A stretch of 64,000 bases of DNA from Nitrospirota bacterium (GTDB lineage Bacteria; Nitrospirota; UBA9217). The notes beneath the pieces were generated by a model. It was not told the DNA's origin. It worked only from the letters and a program-made list of their open reading frames with translations, and did not search any database. The position numbers and the translations under genes were made by a program. The stretch is taken from positions 928,001 through 992,000 of the forward strand of contig CAVTRN010000001.1 of assembly GCA_963737155.1 (NCBI GenBank), written 5' to 3'. Below are positions 63,443 to 64,000 of the stretch, in pieces; positions within the stretch are counted from its first letter, which is position 1, and each line of letters starts with the position of its first letter.

Positions 63443-63808
63443 GAGTTTGCTCCTTGGCCCGAGGCCTTTTTGGGACGGATGGGATTCATAGCTTTAGTGG
63501 GGAAGGGTTTGTGGTGTAAACAGCTCCTGCAGTCGTGTGATTAGAGAAATCATGCTAAATCGCAATATTGATAATGGCTTAAAATAGGCGAGTTTTTTCT
63601 CGGGTCGTCGGTTTGCGCGGTTATAATGGTTAAGTGAAGTTACGTAAACGGCAATGGCGGCGGCCGGTAGCGAGTTGTATCCGGGTAATATCGTTTTCCT
63701 ATTTGGTTGAGAAATCCGTGTTTGTTTACCTGACTCTTATTGCTTTACAGTGCTGGGTTTGAAGCTTTAGGGGTTTTTGGTTAGGCCTGCACGTTAATGA
63801 TATTATGA

Positions 63809-63837
63809 TATATACCGCAGAAAGTAAGATTTGTCAA
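63809..63837 (-). promoter_or_regulatory. Candidate rho promoter
   Basis: TTGACA-N17-TATATA on the minus strand, giving a leader of about 360 nt. Confidence 0.55.
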
Positions 63838-63900
63838 TATATTATTTTTACATAGTGTTGCACTCAGCAAGGCTTTGTGTATTTATAAAACAGTCCTGAA

Positions 63901-63957
63901 ATACCCAGCAGCTTGCTGCTGGGATGAAAAGGACATCCTGGCGAAGCCAGGATAAGT
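63901..63957. repeat. AGCTTGCT-core hairpin repeat plus a second hairpin
   Basis: ATAC-CCAGCAGCTTGCTGCTGGG, then ATCCTGGCGAAGCCAGGAT. Confidence 0.6.
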
Positions 63958-64000
63958 CTTCAGCTTCTTTGTTGTGCTTTTTTAAGGTTTCAAGTTCCGA

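Noticed and set aside
1-64000. CRISPR array, tRNA, rRNA or prophage
   Set aside because: No regularly spaced direct repeats, cloverleaf or rRNA signatures, or phage genes were recognised by eye. tRNAscan-SE and Rfam searches were not run.

Overview
A 64-kb bacterial chromosome segment, probably from an anaerobic Nitrospirota- or Desulfobacterota-like organism. This is inferred from gene content: a corrinoid reductive activator, an AcsE-like methyltransferase, a split ADP-forming acetyl-CoA synthetase and the rho-rpmE-DUF1385-prfA-prmC-murA-his synteny. The left 42 kb mixes housekeeping and metabolic genes (nupC, csp, speD-speE-decarboxylase, acsV/RACo, dac, acd, ettA, ppnP, adk) with many decayed pseudogenes and an inactivated IS4 element that retains its TIRs and a 9-bp target duplication. 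The right part is the rho...his cluster, split between hisG and hisC by an ~8-kb accessory island. The island carries integron-like cassettes with attC/attI-like sites but no integrase, a solo mreB paralogue, a MITE and an IS110 remnant. The best non-coding signals are: (1) two distant promoters with an identical ATGAT-N4-ATCAT site at -41.5; (2) several apparently leaderless genes; (3) a structured ~180-nt repeat present twice in sense orientation after stop codons; (4) a structured speD leader with an overlapping uORF; (5) a terminator-like csp leader next to tiny Lys-rich ORFs; (6) heptamer repeats inserted in frame into HisH and HisF. No rRNA, tRNA or CRISPR array was seen. All family assignments are motif recognition by eye; no database was searched.
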